DNA from: a virus
Lineage: Duplodnaviria > Heunggongvirae > Uroviricota > Caudoviricetes
Strand: one strand, 5' to 3'
Length of the DNA stretch: 46,232 nt
IMG/VR virus record: IMGVR_UViG_2778261384_000001
The notes beneath the pieces were generated by a model. The model worked only from the letters and a program-made list of their open reading frames with translations. It ran no database searches and was not told the DNA's origin. Shown one piece after another: positions 11,052 through 19,624 of this stretch. Each line of letters starts with the position of its first letter. Position 1 is the first letter of the stretch. Both the position numbers and the translations under genes were made by a program.

Positions 11052-11699
11052 TCAACGACCAATCACCACAACCTGACCACCGTCCCCTTCGTCTGCCGTG
11101 CTGATCTCCTGAGAGACCACCCGCGACCCCACGCGCATTTCACCGTACAGAACGGGCAGAACATTGCCCTGGGCAACCATGTTATCCAGTGAGGAGAAAT
11201 AGGTGTTCTGTTTGCCGTTATCTGTACTTGCTGCCGTGGGCGTCCTGGCTTTCGGTGCCAGCATCTGCGCCACTCCGCCCAGGATCATACTGGCCCCTGC
11301 CGCATACATGCCCGATACAGCCGCGGCACCCAGCCAGCCCACAGGGTTCCACCATGACACCGCAATCAGCGCCGCCCCCAGCACCACCTGAAACACACCG
11401 CCACTTTTAGCTCCCGCCAGACGCGGCACGATGTGGATCACGGCACCATTTGCCAGCGGCTCATTCAGACGGGCAGACAATTCGGTTTCACCTGCATCAC
11501 GCCCGGCAATGCGTACCTGGTACCAGCCGTCGCTCAGTTTCTGACGAAACGCCGGGATCTGCATGGCCAGCGCCCGGATGGCTTCGGACCCCGTTTTCAC
11601 TCGAAGGTCGATGCGGCGGCCAAATCGTTGTAAATCCCCGTAAAGGCAGATGCGTGCCATGCCCGGTGACGCCAGAGGGAGTGTGTGCGTCGCTGCCAT
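11052..11699 (-). CDS. I: tail tip assembly protein I (215 aa)
   Basis: MAATHTLPLASPGMARICLYGDLQRFGRRIDLRVKTG... near-identical to remembered lambda I. Confidence 0.9.
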   Translation of the reverse strand: MAATHTLPLASPGMARICLYGDLQRFGRRIDLRVKTGSEAIRALAMQIPAFRQKLSDGWYQVRIAGRDAGETELSARLNEPLANGAVIHIVPRLAGAKSGGVFQVVLGAALIAVSWWNPVGWLGAAAVSGMYAAGASMILGGVAQMLAPKARTPTAASTDNGKQNTYFSSLDNMVAQGNVLPVLYGEMRVGSRVVSQEISTADEGDGGQVVVIGR

Positions 11700-12340
11700 T
11701 TGTCGGTGTACCTCTCTCGTTTGCTCAGTTGTTCAGGAATATGGTGCAGCAGCTCGCTGTCACCACAGTAAATGGCGGCATGATTCGGCACCGATGAACC
11801 AAAACAGCACAGCAGCACATCGCCCGGCTGCGCCGCTGACAACGGCACCTGATACAACCCTGTGGCCTCCAGATTATCCAGATAGAGATTCTGACCGTGA
11901 CGCCACCAGTCATCCTCGCGATGAAAATCCGGCATCTCAATCCCCGCCAGATGGTAAGCATCCCGGAACAGCGTGTAACAGTCCGTCACCCCGTGCTCAA
12001 AGCGCCGCCCGGAAAGATGTGGCACACAGCGGAACTTGTGAATCGCCCCCCGGCAAACCAGCCACCACGGCAAATCACTCTGCACCTGCAGCCGCCGGTC
12101 GGTCTCACTCAGCCAGGGCAGACCACCGGGGTGGCTGTGGACCAGCGCCACAATCTCACCCTGCATCTCTGCCCGCAGCCAGTCCTCCGGCGACATCCGG
12201 AAATACGCCTCCGGCTCACCGGAGATATTCACGCAGGGAAAATATCTTTCCCCCTCCGGTGTTCTCACCACGAAGCCGCACGACTCTGCTGACGCACATC
12301 GCCGGGCGTGCGCCAGAATCGCTGATTCTGTCTCTGTCAT
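11597..12340 (-). CDS. K: tail tip assembly protein K (MPN/JAB plus NlpC/P60-like); start uncertain (ATG 12340, or internal ATG 12196 giving a 199-aa lambda-like product)
   Basis: HSHPGG...S..D metalloprotease-like motif and Cys/His downstream; 3' end overlaps gene I by about 100 nt as I recall for lambda K/I. Confidence 0.8.
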   Translation of the reverse strand: MTETESAILAHARRCASAESCGFVVRTPEGERYFPCVNISGEPEAYFRMSPEDWLRAEMQGEIVALVHSHPGGLPWLSETDRRLQVQSDLPWWLVCRGAIHKFRCVPHLSGRRFEHGVTDCYTLFRDAYHLAGIEMPDFHREDDWWRHGQNLYLDNLEATGLYQVPLSAAQPGDVLLCCFGSSVPNHAAIYCGDSELLHHIPEQLSKRERYTDKWQRRTHSLWRHRAWHASAFTGIYNDLAAASTFE

Positions 12341-12345
12341 GGGAT

Positions 12346-13044
12346 TCACTGCGAAAGTTTGTTAATGGAAAGGAAGCCGCCAAAGTTGCCGACGTTATTG
12401 CGGAACTTACAACCGCTCAGGCATTTGCTGCATTTATCCTTCGTGATATCGGACGTTGGCTGGTCATATTCATCCGCGACCGCCGGACCGTGATAACCGC
12501 ACTCATCGCCGCGATAGGTCCAGGTGCAGGTGTTGGCCAGCATGATACGTCCCGGAAAAACAGCGCCGTCCGTTTCCGTCGGCGTGGACAGTACAAAAGA
12601 GGCACTCACCGCGCTCAGTTCGCTGCACTGCTCAATGCGCCAGCGGCTGATCACCTCCTGCTCCGGATCGGCGTCACTGTTTCCGTTGACGAAGTTCACC
12701 GCATCCAGAAAACGGGCGTAAACCTTACGCCGGACCACCGTTCCTCCGACCAGACTCTGCAGGTCTTCCGCCATCCCGGTGACCATGCCGTGCAGGTTAG
12801 AAACCGTCAGTGTCGGACGGGCAGCACTGCCTTTGCCGTTCAGTTCAAATCCCGTCCCCTGAATGGGATACGCCTGATACTGTCGCCCCTGCCAGGTGAC
12901 CGGCTCACCTTTATCGTTCTGCTCATTACAGAAAAAATAACGTTCTCCACCGACCACTGTCAGATCGATTTCCCAGAGCACCACCTGGGCTGACTGAGTG
13001 AGGCATGTCGTCTCATGATGTGTTTCCTGTGGAATATCCTGCAT
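12346..13044 (-). CDS. L: minor tail protein L (232 aa)
   Basis: Length and position identical to lambda L; Cys cluster near C-terminus. Confidence 0.9.
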   Translation of the reverse strand: MQDIPQETHHETTCLTQSAQVVLWEIDLTVVGGERYFFCNEQNDKGEPVTWQGRQYQAYPIQGTGFELNGKGSAARPTLTVSNLHGMVTGMAEDLQSLVGGTVVRRKVYARFLDAVNFVNGNSDADPEQEVISRWRIEQCSELSAVSASFVLSTPTETDGAVFPGRIMLANTCTWTYRGDECGYHGPAVADEYDQPTSDITKDKCSKCLSGCKFRNNVGNFGGFLSINKLSQ

Positions 13045-13053
13045 CAGAGACTC

Positions 13054-13383
13054 CTATGCCACGACCTGTTCAAAATCTGCCGTTATGGTTACCCACAACG
13101 CCCCCACGCTTGCCGACCATTTACGACAAACCACCCTGATCGGCTTCCAGTCATAAGGTGGCGTCCACTGAAATGCGCGGACGCCACCGTGCCGTTCCAG
13201 AAAGGCTTTTAAAGATGGGTGTTCACATTTACGAACACGTATCGTCACGCTGTAAATCGACAACTGGTTATTCAGTCCCGCCGCACGACGCTGTTCATAA
13301 CCATCGCCCAGCTTCACTGTCACCACTTTCGGCTCTGATACCACATTCATATCCGGGCGCACTTTCCAGTGAAACGTCTCCAT
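13054..13383 (-). CDS. M: minor tail protein M (109 aa)
   Basis: 109 aa as lambda M; ATG overlaps H stop. Confidence 0.9.
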   Translation of the reverse strand: METFHWKVRPDMNVVSEPKVVTVKLGDGYEQRRAAGLNNQLSIYSVTIRVRKCEHPSLKAFLERHGGVRAFQWTPPYDWKPIRVVCRKWSASVGALWVTITADFEQVVA

Positions 13384-16300
13384 TACCGATATGCTCCACT
13401 TAACCGACCACCATCACGGGCCTGCTGTTGCATAAAGTCCGCTGCCGCTTTTTTCCCAAGGTCATAAACCACCTTCAGGGCAGCCGGACCTATCTGCCCG
13501 TTCGTGCCATCGTTATTGATCTCGATGTTGTACTGCGGGGCAAACATCGCCATACCTGAACCACCAATATCCGCCACAACCCCCAGCTTACCGTCAGCAC
13601 CACGACGCAGTGGCAGAATGGCTTCAGGTCCAGCTTCCCCCATCACACCCGCGCCTTTTGCAAAAGCAAAAAACGTCGGACGGTTAACCACCGTGCCACT
13701 GTAACGACTCAAATCAGCAGACTGATAAATCCCCCCATTGGCATTCAGGGAAAGGCTGCTGAGATCAAATCCCAGTACACTGCCAATCCCTTTTATCGAT
13801 TTCATCATGGTTGCCTGCGCCAGGATTTTCGCCATATCTGACAGCACCGAAGAGGTGAAGGATTTGAAGTTGAGTTTGCCGGTAGTGACAAAAGTTGCCA
13901 GGCCATTTCCCATGTTGCTGAAGGCTGACGAGAACACCTGTTCTGCTGTTCCTGCCGTATTATCTGCATCCACGGTAAAATCCTGAAACGCACGCAGGAC
14001 TCCGTTTTTCCAGTTACCCTGCACAACTTCAAGCTGTTGCCAGTAACGGCGATTCTCATTCAGTTGTCGGTTCAGGCTCTCCGTCAGCGCCTGCTCGGCC
14101 TTTCTGTAGTCATCCGTGTTATATGTCCCTTTCTGCTCACTATCCCGCCTCAACTGCTCCAGCTGTTGCTGGTATTTCTGGCGAAGACTCAGTTGTACCT
14201 GATATCGCTGCCGCTGCTGATCACCCATACCCACCGTGGCGATATCCAGGTCATGTTGCTGGCGCTGAGCGCGCTCTTCTTCAGCCAGTTGACTGGTCAG
14301 CTGAATTGTTTTTTTCTTCAGATCGTTGAGTGCCGTCTGTTTCTGAAGCTCCTGCTGTTTTACATCCAGCAGCGTCAGTGCCTGAATCAGTTCATCTTTA
14401 CGGGCCAGCACACTCTTTTCATCTGCCGTCAGTTTTTTCCCGTCCAGATCGCTGATGCGCTGCTGCAGAGCCAGAAGCTGTTTATGCGCTTCTGTCATCT
14501 TTTCAGTGGCAATGCCTGCTGACTGTCTTGCAGCAGCAATCTGTCCTTCCACCTGTGCCTGTTGCTGACTGTACTGCAGCAATAACCGGGTGGCCTCATC
14601 ATTACGGGTTTCGCGTGTTTTTTTCTTACCGGATGCCAGGGCTTTCTCGTAACGTTCATTTTCACGTTGTATCGCTGCATCCCTGACAGCCTGATCGGCG
14701 TACTGCATGGAATTAATACGCGCAATTTCACGCTGATGTCGTGCTGCTTCCGTTTCATTCATCCGGTTCAGAGCAGCATTTTCAGCATTACGTCGTTTCT
14801 GTTGCTCCTGATAATTCCGCTCTGCCTGCTCTTTTGCATCCTGCAAATCCTTCTGGCGTTTTTTCTCCTGAAGATCGTTAAGACGCTGCTGATCGTATTC
14901 AACCTGAGAAGATGATGCCGTCCAGGGGAGTCTTTTCGCCCGCGACACTTTCTCCTGTAAAGCGGCAATCTGTTCATCCAGCGAGTCTTCACGACCAATA
15001 TTCATGGCCGCATCCCAGAAACGACTCCACAAATCAGACAGATACTTCAGCGTACTGCCAAGCGCATTGAGGTTATTATCAATATCCGCAGTACGCCGAC
15101 CGGTTTCCTCTGCCAGTGCAGACATGGCTATCCGTGCAGCATCACTGGACCGCCCCTGCTCCCCAAGGACGCGTATCTGCTCAAGCTGAGTGGCAGTAAG
15201 AAAATGCAGCTCATTGTCCAGAGCCTTCGCGGCATTTACAGGATCATCCTTCAGCCGCTTAAACTGATTTATGGTATCGCTGACCGACTGGCCAACCGAT
15301 CGCTCCATCTGTGCGGCAGCTCTCGCCACCATACCGATATCGTTTCCACGAAATGCACCACTCCCCACCACCTGAGCCAGCGCACCGGCTGCAGCATGTT
15401 GCGTGATACCATTCCCGGAAATAGCACGACTGAGCGTCCACAGCTGCCCGGCAGTGACTCCGGCATAATGCCCCGTCAGCGACAACTGGCGGTTAAATTC
15501 TTCCCCCTCCTTCTGACCGTCATACCAGGCTTTACCCAGACCATAGACGGCCGCGGCAATACCGCCAATAACCCCGCCAAGCATCATGCCTTTCGGTGAC
15601 ATCAGTGTGTCTATCCATCCGGCACGGTTAGCCAGCGTTATCCCGGATCCCCTCAGCGCCCCTAAATTGCCGCGGGCCAGTTCACCTATCAGAACGCCTA
15701 TCTCCTGGCGGGCTGCTGCACTTTTCAGACCCAGCGAATGCGTGGCTTTTCCTGCCTGCTCCATTTTGCGGATATACACTTCTGCAGCACTGCTTACCCC
15801 CAGCTGGGCTGCCTTGGCACGAAGCAACTCAGAAGATGAAAGATTCTGGCGGGTTGCCTGCTCTTTAAGCTGACGGATAAACGCCACTTTCTGTCGGGTA
15901 GCCTCTTCCTCAGCCTGTGTAAGAACACGGGTTTTCGCAGTAACCTCAGAAATCAGCGCCAGATAATCCTGCTGACCAATCCCGCCACTGTTTCTGGCCT
16001 GTCGGATCTGCTGCTGAATACGCTGTAATTCCTGCAGCCCCGCACTGGCCTGTTTCACACTGTCAATCTGACGATAAAACGCAGCAGCCGCTTTATCCTG
16101 AGCCTCCGCCAGAGCCATGGCCTGCGCCTGTTCCTCGCGCATTTTCTGGCTCAGCGCCTCCATGCGCTGGCGGGTTTTCTCCACCTCGCGGGCCATGCGT
16201 TCATGAGCCTGTGCGTTCTTCTCCACCGTCTGCGCATGGACGGATGCGGCTGTTGCAGCCGAAGAAGCCGCCTGCGTTGTCTGCCGGGCGGCCTGAGTCT

Positions 16301-16448
16301 GACGCTCCATAAAACGCTGCATACGGGCAGAAGACCGTTCTGCATCGCTGGCTGCACCATTCAGAAGGTTTTTGATACGGGGAATTTCATTTTTAAACTC
16401 TGCCGCATCAATCCCCAAATCAATGACCAGGTTGGCTATCTGGTCCAT
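13383..16448 (-). CDS. H: tail tape measure protein H (about 1021 aa)
   Basis: Long coiled-coil-rich protein; start MDQIANLVIDLGIDAAEF resembles lambda H N-terminus; ORF-track start 16478 is TTG, ATG at 16448. Confidence 0.9.
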   Translation of the reverse strand: MDQIANLVIDLGIDAAEFKNEIPRIKNLLNGAASDAERSSARMQRFMERQTQAARQTTQAASSAATAASVHAQTVEKNAQAHERMAREVEKTRQRMEALSQKMREEQAQAMALAEAQDKAAAAFYRQIDSVKQASAGLQELQRIQQQIRQARNSGGIGQQDYLALISEVTAKTRVLTQAEEEATRQKVAFIRQLKEQATRQNLSSSELLRAKAAQLGVSSAAEVYIRKMEQAGKATHSLGLKSAAARQEIGVLIGELARGNLGALRGSGITLANRAGWIDTLMSPKGMMLGGVIGGIAAAVYGLGKAWYDGQKEGEEFNRQLSLTGHYAGVTAGQLWTLSRAISGNGITQHAAAGALAQVVGSGAFRGNDIGMVARAAAQMERSVGQSVSDTINQFKRLKDDPVNAAKALDNELHFLTATQLEQIRVLGEQGRSSDAARIAMSALAEETGRRTADIDNNLNALGSTLKYLSDLWSRFWDAAMNIGREDSLDEQIAALQEKVSRAKRLPWTASSSQVEYDQQRLNDLQEKKRQKDLQDAKEQAERNYQEQQKRRNAENAALNRMNETEAARHQREIARINSMQYADQAVRDAAIQRENERYEKALASGKKKTRETRNDEATRLLLQYSQQQAQVEGQIAAARQSAGIATEKMTEAHKQLLALQQRISDLDGKKLTADEKSVLARKDELIQALTLLDVKQQELQKQTALNDLKKKTIQLTSQLAEEERAQRQQHDLDIATVGMGDQQRQRYQVQLSLRQKYQQQLEQLRRDSEQKGTYNTDDYRKAEQALTESLNRQLNENRRYWQQLEVVQGNWKNGVLRAFQDFTVDADNTAGTAEQVFSSAFSNMGNGLATFVTTGKLNFKSFTSSVLSDMAKILAQATMMKSIKGIGSVLGFDLSSLSLNANGGIYQSADLSRYSGTVVNRPTFFAFAKGAGVMGEAGPEAILPLRRGADGKLGVVADIGGSGMAMFAPQYNIEINNDGTNGQIGPAALKVVYDLGKKAAADFMQQQARDGGRLSGAYR

Positions 16449-16749
16449 AACGCACACCTCCGGAAATACCTTCCCCAAGATGCATCAGTTCTTCGTCCGT
16501 TCGCTCCGGTATCCCGTTCTCTTCCGGTAAAAGGCTGAAATCAGCCACCGCAGCATCACTGCTGCCGGACACCATTCTCACGATCAATGCCTTCAGCGAG
16601 GCAAACTGCGCATCCATCCACACATCACTGAAGCTCTGCATCCGGAAATAATCGCCCCACTCACCAAGCTCAGTGGCCGACATTTCCGACAGCATCCGCC
16701 GCCAGTCTGCCCGCCTGAACTCCCGGGCAAGCCGCATGACAAACTGCAT
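16420..16749 (-). CDS. T: tail assembly chaperone T segment, expected to be expressed as a G-T fusion by -1 ribosomal frameshift
   Basis: ORF in -1 frame relative to G, open from 16782 through the G stop; position between G and H. Confidence 0.7.
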   Translation of the reverse strand: MQFVMRLAREFRRADWRRMLSEMSATELGEWGDYFRMQSFSDVWMDAQFASLKALIVRMVSGSSDAAVADFSLLPEENGIPERTDEELMHLGEGISGGVRYGPDSQPGH

Positions 16750-16757
16750 TTCCCGCG

Positions 16758-17147
16758 TCAGGACTTTTCCGGCGTCAGCACCTCATGCTCCAAATCCCCG
16801 GCATTCTCAATGGCTCCCATACCGCTCAGCGACAGAACCATCTCCGCCCCCGTTCCCAGGGCATCATACGACCATGTTGTAATAACGGATGCGCAAAGCG
16901 TCTCAACATCCTGAGACTGTTCCGCATTCCACAGTGAGCGGGAAACCAGCCAGGCATTGATATCCATCCCCATCCGCAGAAAAGCAATCTGTCGTTCAGC
17001 CTCCGGCAGTTCTCCCTCTTCGGCATCAAACTTTGCCGTTCGCTGCTGAACAAACGCCAGATATTCAATTCTCTGCAGCCCGGACAGCTCACTGAGCACC
17101 ACGGACTGCTTTTCATAATTAAACGTGCCCTGTTTCAGAAACATCAT
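16758..17147 (-). CDS. G: tail assembly chaperone G
   Basis: MMFLKQGTFNYEKQSVVLSELSGLQRIEYLAF... resembles lambda G; ATG 17147 with GGTGGAG RBS (ORF-track start 17186 is TTG). Confidence 0.85.
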   Translation of the reverse strand: MMFLKQGTFNYEKQSVVLSELSGLQRIEYLAFVQQRTAKFDAEEGELPEAERQIAFLRMGMDINAWLVSRSLWNAEQSQDVETLCASVITTWSYDALGTGAEMVLSLSGMGAIENAGDLEHEVLTPEKS

Positions 17148-17160
17148 GTTCTCCACCTGC

Positions 17161-17184
17161 AAAAAAGCCCCGGATAACCGGGGC
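17161..17184 (-). terminator. terminator/attenuator hairpin downstream of major tail gene V
   Basis: Stem gccccgg/ccggggc, loop ataa, followed on minus strand by TTTTTT. Confidence 0.5.
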
Positions 17185-17204
17185 AAATGATGAGTATCGT
17201 CCTG

Positions 17205-17948
17205 TTAACCTGCGGCGCTGACAGCCACCGTAGCCACTGCCACAAAATCGCCGTCAGAAGTCATGCCCACAATGCTGACACTGCCCTGCTTCACGCCTTT
17301 CACCGTGGCCACAAGCCCGTTCAGGGTCACCGTGGCAGTCTGTGGATCTGTCGAATGCACACTGATCGCTTTGTCACTGGCTCCGTCAGGTTTTACTGTA
17401 AAGGTCAGCGTGGTGGTTGCTCCCACTTTTACACTGGCAGATGCCGGTGCCACCGTCAGCCCGGTAACGCCCACGGTTTCAGTGCCTTCCTCTGCCAGAT
17501 ACGGACGCCCCACACCGCTGATTTTCACTGTGCGGGTCATCACGTCTTTTGAAGCAATGGTTTTACCCAGTGAACTCAGCCAGCCACGGAAAACATCAAC
17601 AGTACCGTTGGGATATTTGATACGAAACGCGCAGACTTCACCGGAGTCGAACAACTGAACCAGTTTTTTCTGCCCGCTGTCCCCCGGACGCCAGGCCAGC
17701 GTCGCCGAAGTATCACCGACTGATTTCTGCCCCTGGGTTGTCGTTTTCCAGTCTGCATCTTCATCATCGAGATAAGTGTCATCTTCTGCATCAGCGGTCA
17801 TTTCGCCAGGTTGCAGATCCTTCACCATCGCAAGACGCAGCCAGTCAGTGTCCGATAAAGGGTTCACAAACGCATCGCCCTTGCCGGTATACATCCAGAA
17901 CGTCGTTCCCGCACCTTTCGTTTTTGCCAGTGGATTTGGTGTGGTCAT
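17205..17948 (-). CDS. V: major tail protein V with C-terminal Ig-like domain (247 aa)
   Basis: Start MTTPNPLAKTKGAGTT with AAGGAGG RBS; C-terminal TVAPASASVKVGATTTLTFTVKP... Ig-like repeat; lambda V size. Confidence 0.9.
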   Translation of the reverse strand: MTTPNPLAKTKGAGTTFWMYTGKGDAFVNPLSDTDWLRLAMVKDLQPGEMTADAEDDTYLDDEDADWKTTTQGQKSVGDTSATLAWRPGDSGQKKLVQLFDSGEVCAFRIKYPNGTVDVFRGWLSSLGKTIASKDVMTRTVKISGVGRPYLAEEGTETVGVTGLTVAPASASVKVGATTTLTFTVKPDGASDKAISVHSTDPQTATVTLNGLVATVKGVKQGSVSIVGMTSDGDFVAVATVAVSAAG

Positions 17949-17958
17949 TACCACCTCC

Positions 17959-18360
17959 TTAATTCGTGTACGTGATCTGGTACGTGATTTCCGCCATCGC
18001 CCAGGTGGCCATCTCATTATCACGTTGATAGTTAAAACCGAGTGGGATCAGGGTGTCGATGAGTCCGGAAAGTGCTGGTACATCATTCAGGGCCGGGAAA
18101 ATGGTGCTCTCCATCCACATATCCAGCTCTGAATCCGGTGCCTGTGCCCGGATGAAGACAGCAATATGCAGAACAGCCTGCCAGTCATCTTCATCCGTCA
18201 TTTTTCCGGTGTACTGAGCATCACTCAGCCACACCGCCACGGCAGGCAGTTCCTGCGCATCAACAAATGCCGGAAGCCCGTCAAAAAACGTGGCGCTGTC
18301 TCCACACTGTTCCCGAAGGCGTGCCAGTACGACCTGGCGGATTTGTGTATGTCGGTTCAT
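17959..18360 (-). CDS. U: tail terminator protein U
   Basis: ATFFDG..PAVAVWL..YTG.. and PDSELDMWMES motifs as in lambda U; ATG 18360 overlaps Z stop. Confidence 0.85.
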   Translation of the reverse strand: MNRHTQIRQVVLARLREQCGDSATFFDGLPAFVDAQELPAVAVWLSDAQYTGKMTDEDDWQAVLHIAVFIRAQAPDSELDMWMESTIFPALNDVPALSGLIDTLIPLGFNYQRDNEMATWAMAEITYQITYTN

Positions 18361-18947
18361 CGGGTCAGCCATAACCTCAGTTGTTGTTTCAGTGCATACC
18401 CCAGCTGTTTCGGCATTTCCGCAGCAATGATGTGGTCGCGGGCATCTTCAAATGCCTGTGTCAGCGGTCCGGACAGCGGGATTTTCACCACATCAATGGG
18501 GTAACGATTTTTGCCATCAATACGTCGCATCACATGCCAGCGACCATTCGCCAGTTGCTGAATAAACGCATCCCGGAAAAGATATTTACCCACCTTCAGC
18601 ACACTGCCACGGTACTGCAGTTTTCCACCACGCCGGGCCAGTCTGACCCGGGCTGTCCCCAGCTTAATGGCGGGCAGATTGCCCCGGTTAACGCGGATCC
18701 TGGCCGTCATTTTTCCTGACGGACTGGCTTTAAACACCCGGACACGCTGACGTACCAGTTTCAGGGGGATCCCTTTCACCTGGTTATCTCCCGCAACGGT
18801 ATTCCCGGCAACCTGCCGGGTGGCAACCGAGACCGCTTTCTGTGCCACACGGTTTATCGCCCATGCGCTGGCCTGTGGCACCATACGGGTATCAAGGCTG
18901 TTCAGATTGCGGATGGCATTCTCAAGCCCCTTCATCCCACACCTCAT
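18357..18947 (-). CDS. Z: tail completion protein Z-like
   Basis: About 192-196 aa, immediately upstream of U as in lambda; alternative ATG at 18935. Confidence 0.75.
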   Translation of the reverse strand: MRCGMKGLENAIRNLNSLDTRMVPQASAWAINRVAQKAVSVATRQVAGNTVAGDNQVKGIPLKLVRQRVRVFKASPSGKMTARIRVNRGNLPAIKLGTARVRLARRGGKLQYRGSVLKVGKYLFRDAFIQQLANGRWHVMRRIDGKNRYPIDVVKIPLSGPLTQAFEDARDHIIAAEMPKQLGYALKQQLRLWLTR

Positions 18948-19222
18948 TACTCAATAAAGATCATTGGCTTACCGTTAAAACGTTCATGCCGTGTGACCGT
19001 CCATTGTTGTCCGTCATAAACAACGCGATCCCCGCGCCGTGGGCGGTATCCCGAAGAAAACACCACCAGAGAGACCGCAGGTCCGGACAGAGCATTCAGC
19101 TCTGCCAGTGTTTCTCCCGGGATCACAGTCATATCGACATCATTAATCGAGGCTGTCTTTCCCATCTTTCTGACCGTGATCGCATCCATACGCGCTGCCA
19201 GCCGGGAAAAGGGATCAGACAT
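18947..19222 (-). CDS. head-tail joining/adaptor protein (FII position), 91 aa
   Basis: Position between head genes and Z; size typical of head-tail joining proteins. Confidence 0.55.
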   Translation of the reverse strand: MSDPFSRLAARMDAITVRKMGKTASINDVDMTVIPGETLAELNALSGPAVSLVVFSSGYRPRRGDRVVYDGQQWTVTRHERFNGKPMIFIE

Positions 19223-19538
19223 TGAGTTTTACCGGCACTTCTTCTGCACTGGTTCCGGCATCTGCCCAGACAACCCCGACCAGCGGATCAGAGCCGCTGT
19301 TAGTCAGCTGAACTTTTCCTGACTTCAGATAAACCTTCTTACCCGTTTTCATGTCATCCGTTTTCAGCTTAGGCAGCATAAACACACCTTCGGTTATGCC
19401 GTCGCCTGTTTCTCCCTGTGGAATATCGGTCAGCGCCACCGCAAAAACATCACCCACCTGCACCAGATCTCCGCTGCTGATGGCTGCACTTGCAACAATC
19501 GCCACCGTTTTTCCTTCTTCTACAAAATTCTTTGCCAT
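19215..19538 (-). CDS. small head-associated protein (FI/D position; possibly decoration/cement type), 107 aa
   Basis: ATG 19538 with GGAGA RBS; located directly downstream of the capsid gene. Confidence 0.5.
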   Translation of the reverse strand: MAKNFVEEGKTVAIVASAAISSGDLVQVGDVFAVALTDIPQGETGDGITEGVFMLPKLKTDDMKTGKKVYLKSGKVQLTNSGSDPLVGVVWADAGTSAEEVPVKLNV

Positions 19539-19581
19539 AACTGTCTCCGCACAGCCCCGTTCAGGGGCTGATTTCAGGTAC

Positions 19582-19601
19582 AAAAAAAGCCCTTACGGGC
19601 C
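19582..19601 (-). terminator. weak terminator-like hairpin just downstream of the capsid gene
   Basis: Stem gccc/gggc with ttac loop followed on minus strand by a run of 7 T. Confidence 0.35.
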
Positions 19602-19624
19602 ATCAGAGTTGTTGTCTGCGACGT

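Noticed and set aside
11650-12993. 447-aa plus-strand ORF antisense to genes K and L
   Set aside because: Proline/Arg/Ser-rich low-complexity translation of the antisense strand of conserved tail genes.
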